Shown one piece after another: positions 9,718 through 22,165 of a DNA stretch of 64,000 bases (positions within the stretch are counted from its first letter, which is position 1; each line of letters opens with the position of its first letter). Source of the DNA: Takakia lepidozioides (Eukaryota > Plantae > Bryophyta); contig CM060731.1 of assembly GCA_030704615.1 (NCBI GenBank), forward strand, positions 70,370,001 through 70,434,000. The letters are read 5' to 3'. Both the position numbers and the translations under genes were made by a program. A model generated the notes under the pieces. The model worked only from the letters and a program-made list of their open reading frames with translations. It did not search any database and was not told the origin of the DNA.

Positions 9718-10301
9718 CAAGCAAATGCAAAGACCTTGCCTTAAGGGATTAATCCCACAACCTCCTGAACTCTAAAATGAACTACCTATTTCAAATCCAA
9801 AAGGCCTTATGGTCCAAGCTAGTTTTAGCCTTTTCGCCTCAAGGTACTTGTAGACCCAAGCGAATGCAAAGACTTTGTCTTAAGGCATTGAACCCACAAC
9901 CTCCGGAACTCTAAAATGCACTACCTATTTCAAATCCAAAAGGCCTTATGGTCTGAGCTACTTTTAACCTCTTAGCCTCAACGTACTTTAAACTTTAAAC
10001 CCAAGCGAATGCAAAGACCTTGCCTTAAGGGATTGAACCCACAACCTCCTCAACTCTAAAATGAACTACCTATTTCAAATCCAAAGAACATTTTAGCTTT
10101 GGATTAAAACCACAATCTTAAGGTGCATTGAGCTACTTTTAGCCTTAAGGTACTTGTAAACCCAAGCGATGTTAAGACCTTGCCTTAAGGGATTAAACGA
10201 TTAAACCCACAACCTCTTGAACTCTAAATGAATTACCTATTTCAAATCCAAAAGGCCTTATGGTCCAAGCTACTTTTAGCCTTTTCGCCTCAAGGTACTT
10301 A
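9718..10301. repeat. ~135-bp tandem repeat, left block (~4 degenerate units)
   Basis: Recurring unit cccaagc(g/a)aatgcaaagaccttgccttaagggattgaacccacaacctcc...tttcaaatccaaaaggccttatggtccaagcta...aaggtactt. Confidence 0.9.
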
Positions 10302-12165
10302 TTTCCGAAGGGACAAGGCAGTTTTTGGTGGGCCCCCTCCAAAACAGGACATACCCTCACAGATGAGGGTATATCTCTCACGAAACTAACATCCACCGGA
10401 TGAACTGTATGAATTGGAGGCTACCTACTTCATCCAACTTCTGTGAAAATTTCAGCTCATTTCACCATGTATTTTGGAGGATTATAAGAAATTTGCAAGC
10501 CCTAAATTTGGGGTACACTCCAAATTTGCAGTGGAAAAATGGTTTGACCAGGAAAGTGGATCGACAAATTTTTTTTTTCCTCACAAGACCCCATCCAGAT
10601 TCCCATTATGTGGCACCTAAAGCATGTTGTGGCAAAATTCCAAAGTAGAATTCCCAAATTTTCACAAGGTTGCTTTGTAAGGGAAAACAGGGGGGGTCAA
10701 AACACACCATGAAGCTCAAATGACATGTAATTCAGGCTGCGGGGGTCCAAATTTCCTTGGAATCACAATTTCTGCGGTGAAAGTCTCCCTTGAATGATGA
10801 AGTACCACCTCCAAAAAAAAATTTAGAATTTCAGCAAAAATTGAAGCACTGATTTATCTTTCTGTGAATTTCTACTTCAATCCCAACTCAGGCCAAATAT
10901 TGCCTGAGCTGGTAGACATTTCCGGCTACAAAAAATGGGCTACGTCATCGATTTGCGACCCTAAAATGTCAGGGGACCCCAAATGCGAAATCCTAAGAAG
11001 GCCTGGGGACGCCCTCTGTTTCAGCGTTTCATCCGACAAGCATCTAAAAACTAACTACCAACTACCAAATACCTGCTATACCCCCAGTGCAACGAAACAA
11101 GCTCCCCGCGAGCTCCTGCGTTACCCCCAATGTAGCGATACAAGGTCCCCGCGAGCACCTGCTTTACCCCCAATGCAGCGATACAAGCTCCCCAGGAATA
11201 TCATGATCCCAGAACTGGGGGGGGAGTTGAACCCCCCGATCTGCCCATTGTGCAGACAATCCCGCGCCCCCCCCAAAGCAGCAAGCATCACCCCCAAAAG
11301 CAGAACCACTACCATGACTGCTGCACCGCTGCCCCGCCCCGCCCCCCCCTTCCCCAAAAGTGTGAAACCACCCAAACACAACGCTCCTACGCCAATACAC
11401 CCAAACCCCCATCACCTCCACAGCCCCTCAACCGGCAGCAGTAGATCGACATGACCCCCACAGCCTGTGAACCATCAGCAACACACCCCCACATGACCAG
11501 CACTGCCCATGAACCAACAGCAGCACTGAATTCGTGGCTGTGCAGCCCTTCTCGCACCTCGTAAATGCAGGTGAAGCAGCAGATGTAAACGCAGCGGCCA
11601 GCTCTAAAGACAAACAAGAGCTCCGCAACGCAAAACGGAACAGCGGCCCACACACACCCACATCGCGAAGAGCCCAATAAGCGCACAAAGAAAACAATCA
11701 AGCGCATGCAGGGCAAAATAGGATCGACACAGGAAGGAAGAAGAAGCGTAAAAAGCCGATCTGCACACAACAAGTTGCGAGCCCTCCACATGCACAAACG
11801 AGAGATAACAAAGGATGCGAAGTGCCCGTCCCTGCCACCTCCCGCCATCCTTCGCACGTGCCAGGGGGAGATGTGGCTGTCCGCACAGGCGGACATGCAG
11901 CCCCGGTGGCACCGGTCGCCGCCGAACACATGAACCCCATCCCATCCAACCGGCCACGTGGCAGGTCAACCCTGCTGGAGGGCCCCAAATCACTGATTTT
12001 TGGGTACTACTTTCCAAAAAATCCTGCCGGCTGTCCCTTAGGATTTTTGGGGTGCCATCAAACATTTTTCATTCAGGGCTCGAATTCATCCGAATTCATC
12101 TCGATGATTTTCATCCAATCGAAATTTTCCGGCGACCTAATTCAGGTCGCCTTGTCCATAAGGGG
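10302..12165. mobile_element. Non-autonomous ~1.86-kb insertion interrupting the tandem repeat
   Basis: The satellite unit breaks at ggtactta| and resumes at |ttatagacccaagc (TTA or TA duplication). Subterminal inverted GGACAAGGC/GCCTTGTCC (10311-10319, 12149-12157). Hairpin ggcgacct-aattc-aggtcgcc at 12131-12151. Confidence 0.65.
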
Positions 12166-12500
12166 TTATAGACCCAAGCGAATGCAAAGACCTTGCCTTA
12201 AGGGATTGAGCCCACAACCTCCAGAACTCTAAAATGAACTATTTCAAATCCAAAAGGCCTTATGGTCCCAGCTACTTTTAACCTCTTAGCCTCAACGTAC
12301 TTGTAAACCCAAGCAAATGCAAAGACCTTGCCTTAAGGGATTGAACCCACAACCTCCTGAACTATAAAATGAACTACCTATCAAATCCAAATTTCAAATC
12401 CAAAAGGCCTTATGGTCCAAGCTACTTTTAGCCTTTTAACCTTAAGGTACTTGTAGACCCAAGCAAATGCGAAGGCCTTGCCTGAAGGCATGGCCCCACA
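12166..12500. repeat. ~135-bp tandem repeat, right block
   Basis: Same unit as 9718-10301, ~2.5 copies. Confidence 0.9.
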
Positions 12501-12693
12501 AATAATGAAATTAGAGGTGCAGGTAAGCATATAGTTAGGAGTGACATGATTGAATGGTCGAGTTGTGTAGAGCACTTAGCGTCCCACTAACAATTGCCAA
12601 AATTTGCTTCTTGCACTGTGTGGTGATGTTCTGTATATTGCAGGAGACAGTGGAGTCGGTGTGGAGCTTGAAGGCCACGACAGAGAGCAGGTC

Positions 12694-14248
12694 ATGGCAG
12701 ATGTAGCAGTGAGAGCGAGGGCACTGTCATTGTATCGCATGCTGATGCGGTCCGTGCGCACCTGGCCAGGCCCCTCACACGAGAAGACGTACATTTATGT
12801 ATATCTTGTCCTCACATTCGTGTTTCTTTGCAATGTAGATGCATGATTTGTGTGGCCGTTTCATGTTCGCTTTGTGTCTTTGCTTTCCTCCTCTCCAATC
12901 CAATGGGTTCAACCTGGATTCTCTACAAATGACGAATCGACAGTGGTAACCCTAAACGCTGTTTCTTCTTTTCTCCCTTGTAACCCGCTTGGTTCTGGGC
13001 CGAGTTGAAATCCTTTGTAAGGTTAGAACCCCAAGACGAGCGGTAGGAGAGCTGGTATCGTGTGGTGACTATGGCTGGCTTCAAAGGTATAATGGCAATG
13101 GCAATATTCACCGGGAGTGGTCAGCGAGAGGAATTAGGTTGGACTTGCGAGCAGATTAGGGTTATGTACTGACTGGTTTCATTAATCATTTGATGCCTTC
13201 CTGAGGTGGGAGGTGGTGACATCTGTTTTCTGGGAATGCAGGATGAGGCATACACACTTTTTAGAAGGGATCAGCGGGTCACAGATCCTGCAGAGATAAC
13301 TAAAAAGGTGCGCTCTTTCGGTCACTTAGAGGGCCGTCTCTGCTATCCATTTACCAGATTTTCTCTCATCAAAGTCTGTCATGGAAACCACGTGCCCGCA
13401 TCATGCACTCCTGGAACGTCCACCCTTAACCGTGCATTCAACTTTGGCAATTCAGATATCGACTTCCCGTTTATATTCACAAGGATGATCTGTTACAAGG
13501 CGTTTGAATATGTATGAATGAAAAAACAACTACAATCAGTATTGTACTCACATCTGAGATACTTTCAGTAGACAACTTCCTTGTTTGACAGGATCTGTGC
13601 TGCATTGAATACTGGTTTAAGCTCTCTCAGTTATTGAGGAGGAAATCTAGCGGCCTCTTGTTCGTTTGTGAACATGGTTTGTTCTGTTGCCTGTAAAGTT
13701 GGCAAGGTCTTGGGTCATTCATAATGTAGCTTATTAGATTTTTTTCAAGCACAATACGGCAAGGGTTATTCACTAATAATATTGGCTTGCTTAGGATTTT
13801 TCTAGCCTATGGACTGACATACCCAAACTTTTCACTAAGCTTGCCTGTGTTTGTGAATGCAGCTAGTGGAAGGTGAGACGAGATATCAAATTGCCTGGCA
13901 CTACAAAATTCCTTATCCGCGCCTTCATAACTTGGCCACTGGCTCTGTCACTGAAAATCCTAAAAGGGTTTCGGGGCCTGGTTACCAGGTGTGTAGTTAT
14001 TCCTTCTTTTTTGCTGATAAACTGGGTGTGTTTAGCTGGGGTGAAGGTCACCATCTCTACCTTATGATGGACACTGGTTCCTTGATTTCAGCTCTTAAGT
14101 TAGAAGCTATGTGCTGGGTGGTTCATTGCTTTCGCTAATAGCAGGGTGCATGGGTTTTCAGATTCCTTCCCAAGCGATGGGCTCTTTGGATGATGAAGAT
14201 GATGTACCAGGATTAAATGGATCAAAGAGGATTTTTCAGGGTTTGTGA
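12694..14248 (+). CDS. LYR-motif protein, LYRM1-like (exons ~12694-12798, 13242-13307, 13863-13988, probably 14162-14248)
   Basis: Spliced product MADVAVRARALSLYRMLMRSVRTW...EKTYIY/DEAYTLFRR.../LVEGETRYQIAWHYKIPYPR. The LYR motif and HYKIPYPR match LYRM1. GT-AG boundaries keep the frame. The last exon is a best guess. Confidence 0.82.
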
Positions 14249-15024
14249 GGTGTATAATGTGCTTTTGTCTTTGTAAATTCCCAACCCTACCATGAGGGTT
14301 GAAGCAGCAGCACTCGGTGTTCCAAATGGTGAGAGGGGGGCAAACTTTTGGCTGCAGCACTGGTTGTTTTTCTTGTCACATCTGGCTTGTAGGTTCCATG
14401 TTGCTGGGGCAGCAGTAATATGCAGATCACCTTGCCTCAGCTACCTACCTGGTTTCTAATCGATGATCCCATAGATTTTGATTGAGGGAGTGCCAAACTA
14501 AAATTTACAGTTGCCAAGGCACTGAATTGAAGGTCAAAGTCCAAGTTCAGACCATTATCACTGTCTTGTCACGGCCAGATCAAACTGCAGTCTTCACCTT
14601 AAATTCAGTCCTTCCATCGGGATTAATATTTTGTGAGCTTCTCGTTGAAAACCATGTGTAATTTGGAGAGGTGTGTGTTAATTGCATCAACATATGCTTG
14701 TTAACCTTGAAAGGCGCGCAAGGACATGCACTCTTGTCCCTGACTGATTCAGGACATTAATTTTCATAATATCTAACAGGACCATTCGGACATGACACGC
14801 TAGCTTGAGGATTTCTTGTGTCTTCAGATTTGCAGTTGAAAGATTCCAAATCTCAAGGTGTCTTCTTTTTATGGTTGATTTTCTTTGTATTTTCCATGGA
14901 TGCAATGCAAAGGAGTTTTTTGTGAGTTCTCTCTTTGCTTCATCACGAATTGCTTTTATTTCATCTCAAAATCAAATCCATAAAATTCTTTTTCATCATG
15001 GATGTGATGTTATAATGTTTTATA

Positions 15025-16990
15025 GGGTAGCCTATGCCGTTGGCCCAAGTGTTTAGTGTCATCTAAGCCCAAGTGCAATCTCCTATGTATCCAAGTGTCT
15101 CATATGTCGAGGCCCAAGTCGACCTCTAGGGTAGACTGTGTCGTTGGCCAATGTGTGAAGAATATTTGACCCAAGTGTAATTTCCTATGTATCCCAGTGC
15201 GTCTCCCATGGCGAGGCCCATCTAACAGTATCTCTAATGGTGAACGCCATCGGCCTCGCCAAGCTGCTCATGGCGTAGAGCTTTGGCGTGGGGTTTGGCT
15301 CATGGCGTGGAGTTTGGCGGAAAGACATCCACTGGGGTGACGACAAATCCAACGCCAAGGTGGGCTGGCCAGCCTGCCGAAGCCACGTGGTGGCTCTAGG
15401 CTGCGCCACACCTGCTCTTCATATCCCCAAAGGCAAGAGCGCATGTTCCTCATAACTCCTACGCCACGTGCACGCACCAGATTTGCTCCATGTGCTTGGG
15501 CGTGCACATGCACCCTTGGCGGAGGCTTGACGAGGAACGCCAAAGAAAGAAGACTCCGACCAAACCCGACGTAACTACCACTTCGCCTTAACTATTGCCC
15601 CGTTTCGGGGGTGGGCCCTATAAGGAGGACACCGGGTAACCAAAGGGAGAAGTAAATAGGGTAGCGGTGCCTAGGGTACCTAGGATACCCGGGGGTGCCC
15701 TAGGATACCGCAAAGGGGTTGGACTCGAGTTGTCGCTTATTGGTGATGATGGCAGTGAGGGAGCGCAGTGAGGAGGATTTTAAAGCATCTGTAAAAAAAA
15801 TGGGGGATAGGGATTTTAAGATTGTCGTGTAGCGCGTTTATACTAGTGTCCCACCTCTAGTACCGGCTGTGATAATTGATAGGGGGCCGGTGTGCTACCC
15901 ACGCTGGCGGATGGCGAGGATGAGGGGGGCATATTTTTGTCGTTTATCAAGGGTGGAGGGGGCTGGGTATCGGTCATGACAGTATGTGAATTCAACGAAG
16001 TGAATGGTTAATTTTGGGGAAGGGGAGGTGGGTAGGGGGGCATTGATGGATAAGCCTTGGACAAGTAAGATATATGGGCAGAACCGAGAGGACAGGAACA
16101 GGGTAAGTGATGGCAAGTACACGGAAGTATCTAGTGAGGGACAGTGTGGTCAGGGGGTCGGCCTTGGTACGTACCAGCATTGATGAGTGAGAACCATCTA
16201 GTTTCTGATCTGGACACGAGAAGTTTATGGATGTGCCAAACTGCGATTATAGCAAGTGACGCGGAGATCATGTATAACGGGGTGAGTACACTGACTGAGG
16301 AGATGGGGCCAGGTGTCACGTACTATATGTGTATGTAAACATAACGGGCAGCTGGGGGATGGGAATGAGCGTGACCAGAAGTTTGGGCGTAACGTTGGAT
16401 TTGCGCGTCGGTAACAGTCTTGGTGTGCCAGAAGTAGTTTGACAATTTATGGTGAAAAACTGTAGATTGTGTCCATTTTTGGATATGGGCTTTGGTATGG
16501 CTGGTAGAGGCTAAGGCTTGTTTGTGTGCTTCGCGCGTGAGAGTGGATTTACGGTTACGTATGGGTTTGGTACGATGGAAAATGTGGTGTACCCCCTGCC
16601 CTTGACATAGGTCCCTCCGCGCCAAATATAGTGTTGGCGGGGTACGCTGGGGCACGATCCAGGAAATACCATGCCCAAAATGGCGTTGGAAATGGCATGG
16701 CATACCAATGCGTTGGGGGTGCTCTATAATTACACATCAATATATGAAGTGAGGCAATTTGTTTTGTTTTGTTTGTTTTGTAGGGTTGAGATCTCCCAAA
16801 CCTACGGTGTGGGAGATATGGAATTTCAAGTACTTTTGGTAGCTGGAAATTCCTGAAAAATAGCAAAGTGGGCTTGGAACAATGACGTGGAGATCTCCCA
16901 AACTGTAGGGTACATAGGGGACTGTACTTGGACTGAAATGACATGACTGGACACTTGGGTGAGCACTTGGGCCAACGGCACATGCTACCC
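15025..16990. mobile_element. TIR DNA element (non-autonomous) flanked by TA, with a nested LINE fragment
   Basis: gggtagcctatgccgttggcccaagtg at 15025 is inverted at 16960-16990 (cacttgggccaacggcacatgctaccc), with TA on both sides. Related subterminal repeats recur in reverse orientation at ~33630-33840. Confidence 0.65.
15546..16640 (-). mobile_element. 3' fragment of a non-LTR retrotransposon with a restriction-like endonuclease (RLE)
   Basis: Broken frames give LSNYFW...VTDAQI and RFCPYILL...IHFVEFTYCHDR...KRQKYAPL...RG*..IITAGTRG, the PD...E-x-x-x-x-D/K..KY/G.RG pattern of RLE LINEs. A GC-rich structured 3' end follows. Confidence 0.6.
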
Positions 16991-18049
16991 TAGTATCTCG
17001 TTATATTCTAAATTTTAAATTAAAATACAACAGATTTAAAAAACTTACACTTCATATCACTTTTAAAATTAAAAATATTATTAATTTAAAAAATCAAAAC
17101 ATACTCAATTCATTAATGATACTAATTTATCATAAAGACAAAAAAAATAACTCCGACTAGAGCTGACGTAACTGATAGCCACTTTATTTTATGGGTACTG
17201 CTTCATGTTACGGTGGGTTCTATAAAAGTTTTTTCCAAATCAAAATCTTAAATTTAAAATATTTAAACATAGAGACTAAATAGATGTACATATATCTAGT
17301 GTCTATATCAGATTTTGTTGATGTATATATATATGTCAATCTATGTATATTCTTAATTGTCCAAAATAGACAAGAGACAAAAATCTAATATTAAGAATTA
17401 TTCTATTTTACTAGTTATTATTATATTATTATTTATAATATACCTATATATAATATCGTCATATATTAGTCAATTGAAAAGTGTTCACCACAAAACTAAA
17501 GTGTTGAGGTTCTAAGGGTTTCGATAATTGGGCAACCATTGATTTCTATTTGGTGGTTTTATCATAATTAACATTCAGAAGTGCAATAACATTTACATTT
17601 GAATATGTGACGGAACAAAAGAAAGGATAAAGGATAACGTTTCAAACGAAAAAAAAGAAACTAATATTGGAGTAAATTTCAGTGTTGGTCTAGTATCAAC
17701 ATTTTTTGATACCAGGCTGGTCCTGGTATATGGGTGGCTCTCAAAATGACATACTAGGGGAACATTGGTACCAGGGATATTTTTCAAATTAGATTGAGAA
17801 AATTTTAATTTTAAGCAATGGTATCAATACAAATGTGCTCAAGCAATACCAACTGGTATACATACTGGGATCTGGTATCAAACAAGGCTTCAATTCACTT
17901 TAAAAACACTTGATGAGTGCAGAATTGCACATGGGAATCAAACTTCTGCTAATTCGCCAACATCCACCTACCCTAAGCTGCGAAATGGTCGCCATAACAC
18001 TCTTTCCTACTTCCCTTCAACAAGATTTCATATCAGTCGAAGAAGGGTT

Positions 18050-21000
18050 GCGAAACGTTTGGTCTGGTATCAACAGTATACCAATGGAATTTTTCAAAGC
18101 CTTATGGCTCATGGTGGGGGAACATTTTCTGAGTATGGCTAACGACATTCTTGGTAAAGGAATTATGCCTTCCCCTATGTCTCAAGGTTTGATCACTCTC
18201 ATCTTCAAAAACTGAGATAGGCAAAAAATCTCTAACTACCGTTCCATCACGTTGTTAAACATCACCTATAAAATAATAGCTAAGGCGCTTGCTTTAAGAC
18301 TTCAGCCACTGCTCCCTAGAATCATCAAGAAAGATCATACTTGCTTTATCAAGGACAGGATGATTTTAGACAATATCTTACTGGCTCACGAAGCTTTGCA
18401 TTTGGCTAACATAAATCTCCAACCCCTAGCATTCCTCATGCTAGATTTTGAGAAAGCTTTTGACTCAATTGATTGGGATTTTCTTCTGAGGGTCCTGGCA
18501 AAAGCTGGTTTTCAAGGACCCTTCCTTCATTGGATCAAAATCCTCATTTCTTCTGCCTCAAGCAGGGTTATGGTCAATGGGGTAATCTCTGACTATTTCC
18601 CCATATCTAGGTCAGTTCGCCAAGGTTGCCCTTGGCTCCCTTTCTCTTCCTCATTGTTGTGGACAGTCTCGGGCATCTATGGGATTATAAACCTGATATA
18701 GCCGGACCTCCCATCCATGGTCAAACTTTCCATGTATGCTGATGACACAGCTTTGCTCCTGCATTGCTACATGGGCAATATAGAAAAAGCCATCCTTGCT
18801 TTGAACCAATTCTGCTTGGCCTCTGGTCTAATGGTTAACTGGAACAAATCTGTGGGAATGCTTTCTTTAATCCAAGAAAATGCTGCATTGCGGCACTGCC
18901 AGCCTTGGGGAGGAAATTTGGTCTGAGATGGCATCCTGAGGGGTCCTCCCGTGCTCTTTTGGGTTACCAAATGGGACACTACCTCATGGACAAACAACGG
19001 TTCTGAGGGATTCTGGAAATGCTGAAGAAGAAACTTATTATTGGAGCTCCTCTATGCTGTCTCTTTCAGGAAGAGCCCTAGTGCTCAATCAAATTCTCAT
19101 GGCCTCAATATGGTTCCCGGCTGTTGTTTGGGCACCTGGCTCTGCTCTTATAAAAAGGATAAAAACATTGATGCGTTCGAAACTTCCTATGGGAAACTAC
19201 TTCAGCCAGCCCTCAGCGTCGTGCCTTGGTTTCTTGGAAGCAAGTCTGCCAACCAAAATGCCAGGGAGGGTTGGTTATCATTGACCCCACTGCGTAGATT
19301 GCTACTTTGCTAGCTAAATGGGTGCCAAGGGCTCCCAGGCACATTCAAAGCCCCTGGAGTAGACTGGTTCGACCTCACTTGGTGGATGCCACGCCGCGAT
19401 CTTCCCAAAAGTGGGCTCCCTCCCTCAGATGGATAGTGCAGGGTAAAGGTACCACGACTCCCACAGGGTCCTAGCCCTAGCTCTCTATAATTTGGAAGGC
19501 ATGGAACTTGCTCAGGCCCTCTTTCACACATTAAAGAATGCTTGTCAATTACGCAGAGGCCATCCGACAGCCCTTTTTCGAAAAATAAAACCTTGGATTT
19601 CGAGTGTTGTTGCCTTTAGTTCGGAGATGGGATGGCTGGGAAGAGGAATGATTCATTCATCTGGACAACATCTGGGAACATGGAGATTTTGTCCCCACAC
19701 CCCTGATTACTTCTGTTCTAGGCACTCGCCGTTCTGTAATTTCTTGGCCATGCATTGTTTCCCAGATACCTCCTTATACTCGAGCTCCTTTGCAAGATAA
19801 AAACAAGGAATGGGACGTGCCAGCCTGGTTTGGCAATAGGAATGAAGATCATAATTTGGCTCTCCTACCTCTGTCCTAGTCAAATAACGGTGGCAGTGCC
19901 TCGGGCCTTGGTTTCAAGGTTCTCAATGCAGGAGGGCTGGCTCTCCTTGGCGAAAGAACCTTAGCGCCAAAGCAGGATTGTTCCCCATAAGGGTCATTGA
20001 CTGTATCTCAGGGAAGCCTAATCCTTTGCCACCACTAGGACAGGCCCCTCATTGGGCCCAACATTCACATTTCAACTGGTTTATGAGATTGCCACTTGTA
20101 GGTCTGCAATTTGATCCAGGGGAATGGTCCTGGATGGACAGGGCTCGCTCCCCATTCTTTGTCTACTCTGTTAAACTTGGTTATTCGCTTCTCTCACCAC
20201 CCCATTCCTTCTCCAGTAAATAGATAAGCAAATGGGGCTTACTTTTGCAAGGTGATGTTAATTGGTCCCAAATCTGGAAAGAGATTTGGCGCAAAGATCA
20301 GAATTCTAAGCTATCTGCATTCCTATGGAAGATTACTCATAAGATCCTCCCATTGAATGTATTCATGAAAGTTGATAATTTGGACTGCGCTATGTGTTTA
20401 GGAAGCCAGGAGTCCTTGGAACAGTGTCCGGTGACATGCCCAAGGGCAAAAACAGTCTGGTCCATGGTCACTAATTTCTACTCCAATTGGGAGACTCTCC
20501 CTGTTCTCAACCCCCTTCTCTCTTACTGCTTAACTTTAGAAATGGCAAACCTATGATTAGGTGCCCAGTGTGGGGGTGTCTGAGAGCTCATAAGCTTTCG
20601 GCAATTTGGAAATTAAGGTGTGCTTGGATTTTCCAGGGTAAAACCCCCAGTCTGAGATCTGTGTTGTTTCAGAGTGAGAATACTCCGGCCAAAGCCGGCG
20701 TAACTAAGAGCCACTTCGCCTCACGGCTACTGCCCCCTCTCGGGGGTGGGCCCTATCTTCAGGTTTATATTGATCTCATGACTGAGGAGATGAAGGCCTG
20801 CATCTCATTGTGTGCAGCTTTTCCCCGAGCTTCAGTCAGGCCTAATTTCCAGGAGTTTGATCTCGCATGGGGCAAGAATGGCCTCCTTGGCTCCCGTATT
20901 TCCGACTCTTTAGTGCAATGGAAAGACTCCATCCCCCCTTCATGGGAAATCCCCGGCTGAAGGCAAAGATGTAGACTTCAACTAGCGCCCTAAACGAGCA
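18050..21000 (+). mobile_element. Degenerate 5'-truncated L1-like LINE ORF2 (RT + zf-RVT)
   Basis: Fragments G.NSIPMEFFK, NYRSITLLNITYKIIAKALA.RL, LDFEKAFDSIDW, SVRQGCP, YADDT, FLWKITHKILP...CAMC...ES...CP, with many stops and frameshifts. Confidence 0.9.
20673..20756 (-). mobile_element. ~85-bp retroposed copy of the RLE-LINE 3' tail, inserted in the L1
   Basis: Matches 15550-15620 and 32743-32829, with a flanking ttcag duplication. Removing it restores LRSVLFQ-VYIDLMTEE. Confidence 0.75.
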
Positions 21001-22165
21001 AGAAACTCTAAGTTTAAAGCACAGCTTAAATTCTAGAACTCATGCAGTATGAAAACAGTCTAGCTCGCTGGTCGACGTAGTTAGTTTTTTGCTTTACATC
21101 ACCCCTTCTCTCGTCTCTCTCGCTTCTCTGCTCCTCCTGTTCAGAATAGTATTGCTCAGGGTAGCGCTGCCTTCATGCTCTGGCACCGCCACAACACTGC
21201 TTATTACGCACGAACATTACTTGGATGCTTGCTCTGCAACTCAAACACTCTTTGTTTCTTTTGGATACTTGGCCATGGGGTGGTATCCCCACTGTAAGCC
21301 TTCACGGCCTCAAGGTGCCAGGTTATTTTTTCCACTTTTTCTAATATATTTTCCAGGGCCTCTGTCCCCTGTTCCGTAAAATTATATATATATACAATAC
21401 ATTTGTAATTATTCACAATATTTGCAGAACACTGATATCACAAGTAGACTACTCATACCAGATCAGCAAATGAGGAAGACGGTGGGGGGTATTGGTATGG
21501 CGGCTGCTATATAAAAGTCTATACCAACCTCGTGTCTTTATCTACCAGTGCTTATATCGGTACATATACCAACCCTGAGTCACCTATATACTAGACCAAC
21601 AATGATCTTAACCCTTAATCCCCCAAGCGACCCAAATCCGGTAGCTGGTAGGGCTCCCTCTCATCCAGCCTCTTCCCCCAAAAAGCACAAAAAGTCTGAC
21701 GACGTGGGTGACTTGACACATGGTAGGGGAATGCCACCTGAGGCCCCGGCTGATTAACAGTTTTAGGCTTTGGCAATGCTACTCTAGGGTTGTTCTACCT
21801 GTGCAAGTACTATCCAAATTCTAGAATTTTTTGGACATTGTTCGAGCGGGCATTAGTCACTATGGTACCCACACATCTAATGTAGGGTTTCTTGAAAAAG
21901 TTTGGGGAAATCGAATATCTATGGAGGTTGCTTGAAGCTTGAACATTTTGACCTGTGATGGCAACATAAAAAATATTATATTAGGCAAGGTATAAGTTTG
22001 TTTTGTTTTGTTTCGTCGTTGAGATCTCTCAAACCGCAAGGCCTCCGCCCAGGGTCATGATACTGCCGGAAAGTCCTCGATGAGGGATTGCATTCAATCT
22101 GAGCCCAGTCCACGTGGCATAAGAATGGGGGAAGATGCAGGGTGTATTTCCTTGGATGAGCACCC

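Larger units (their letters stand above)
17680..21604. mobile_element. Possible hAT-like TIR element enclosing the L1 remnant
   Basis: cagtgttggtctagtat at 17680 is inverted by atactagaccaacaatg at 21588-21604. Subterminal ggtat/atacc repeats. No intact TSD seen. Confidence 0.45.

Noticed and set aside
10864-12232. Pro-rich and overlapping ORFs in the insertion
   Set aside because: They are explained by C/A-skewed low complexity; no domain motifs and several non-ATG starts.
9718-12500. Tandem repeats as a CRISPR array or true tRNA genes
   Set aside because: The units are ~135 bp, fully repeated with no unique spacers, there are no cas genes, the context is eukaryotic, and no cloverleaf is evident.
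17000-17600. Very AT-rich stretch as organellar or foreign DNA
   Set aside because: No gene or RNA similarity recognised; it is consistent with intergenic or TE-decay sequence.
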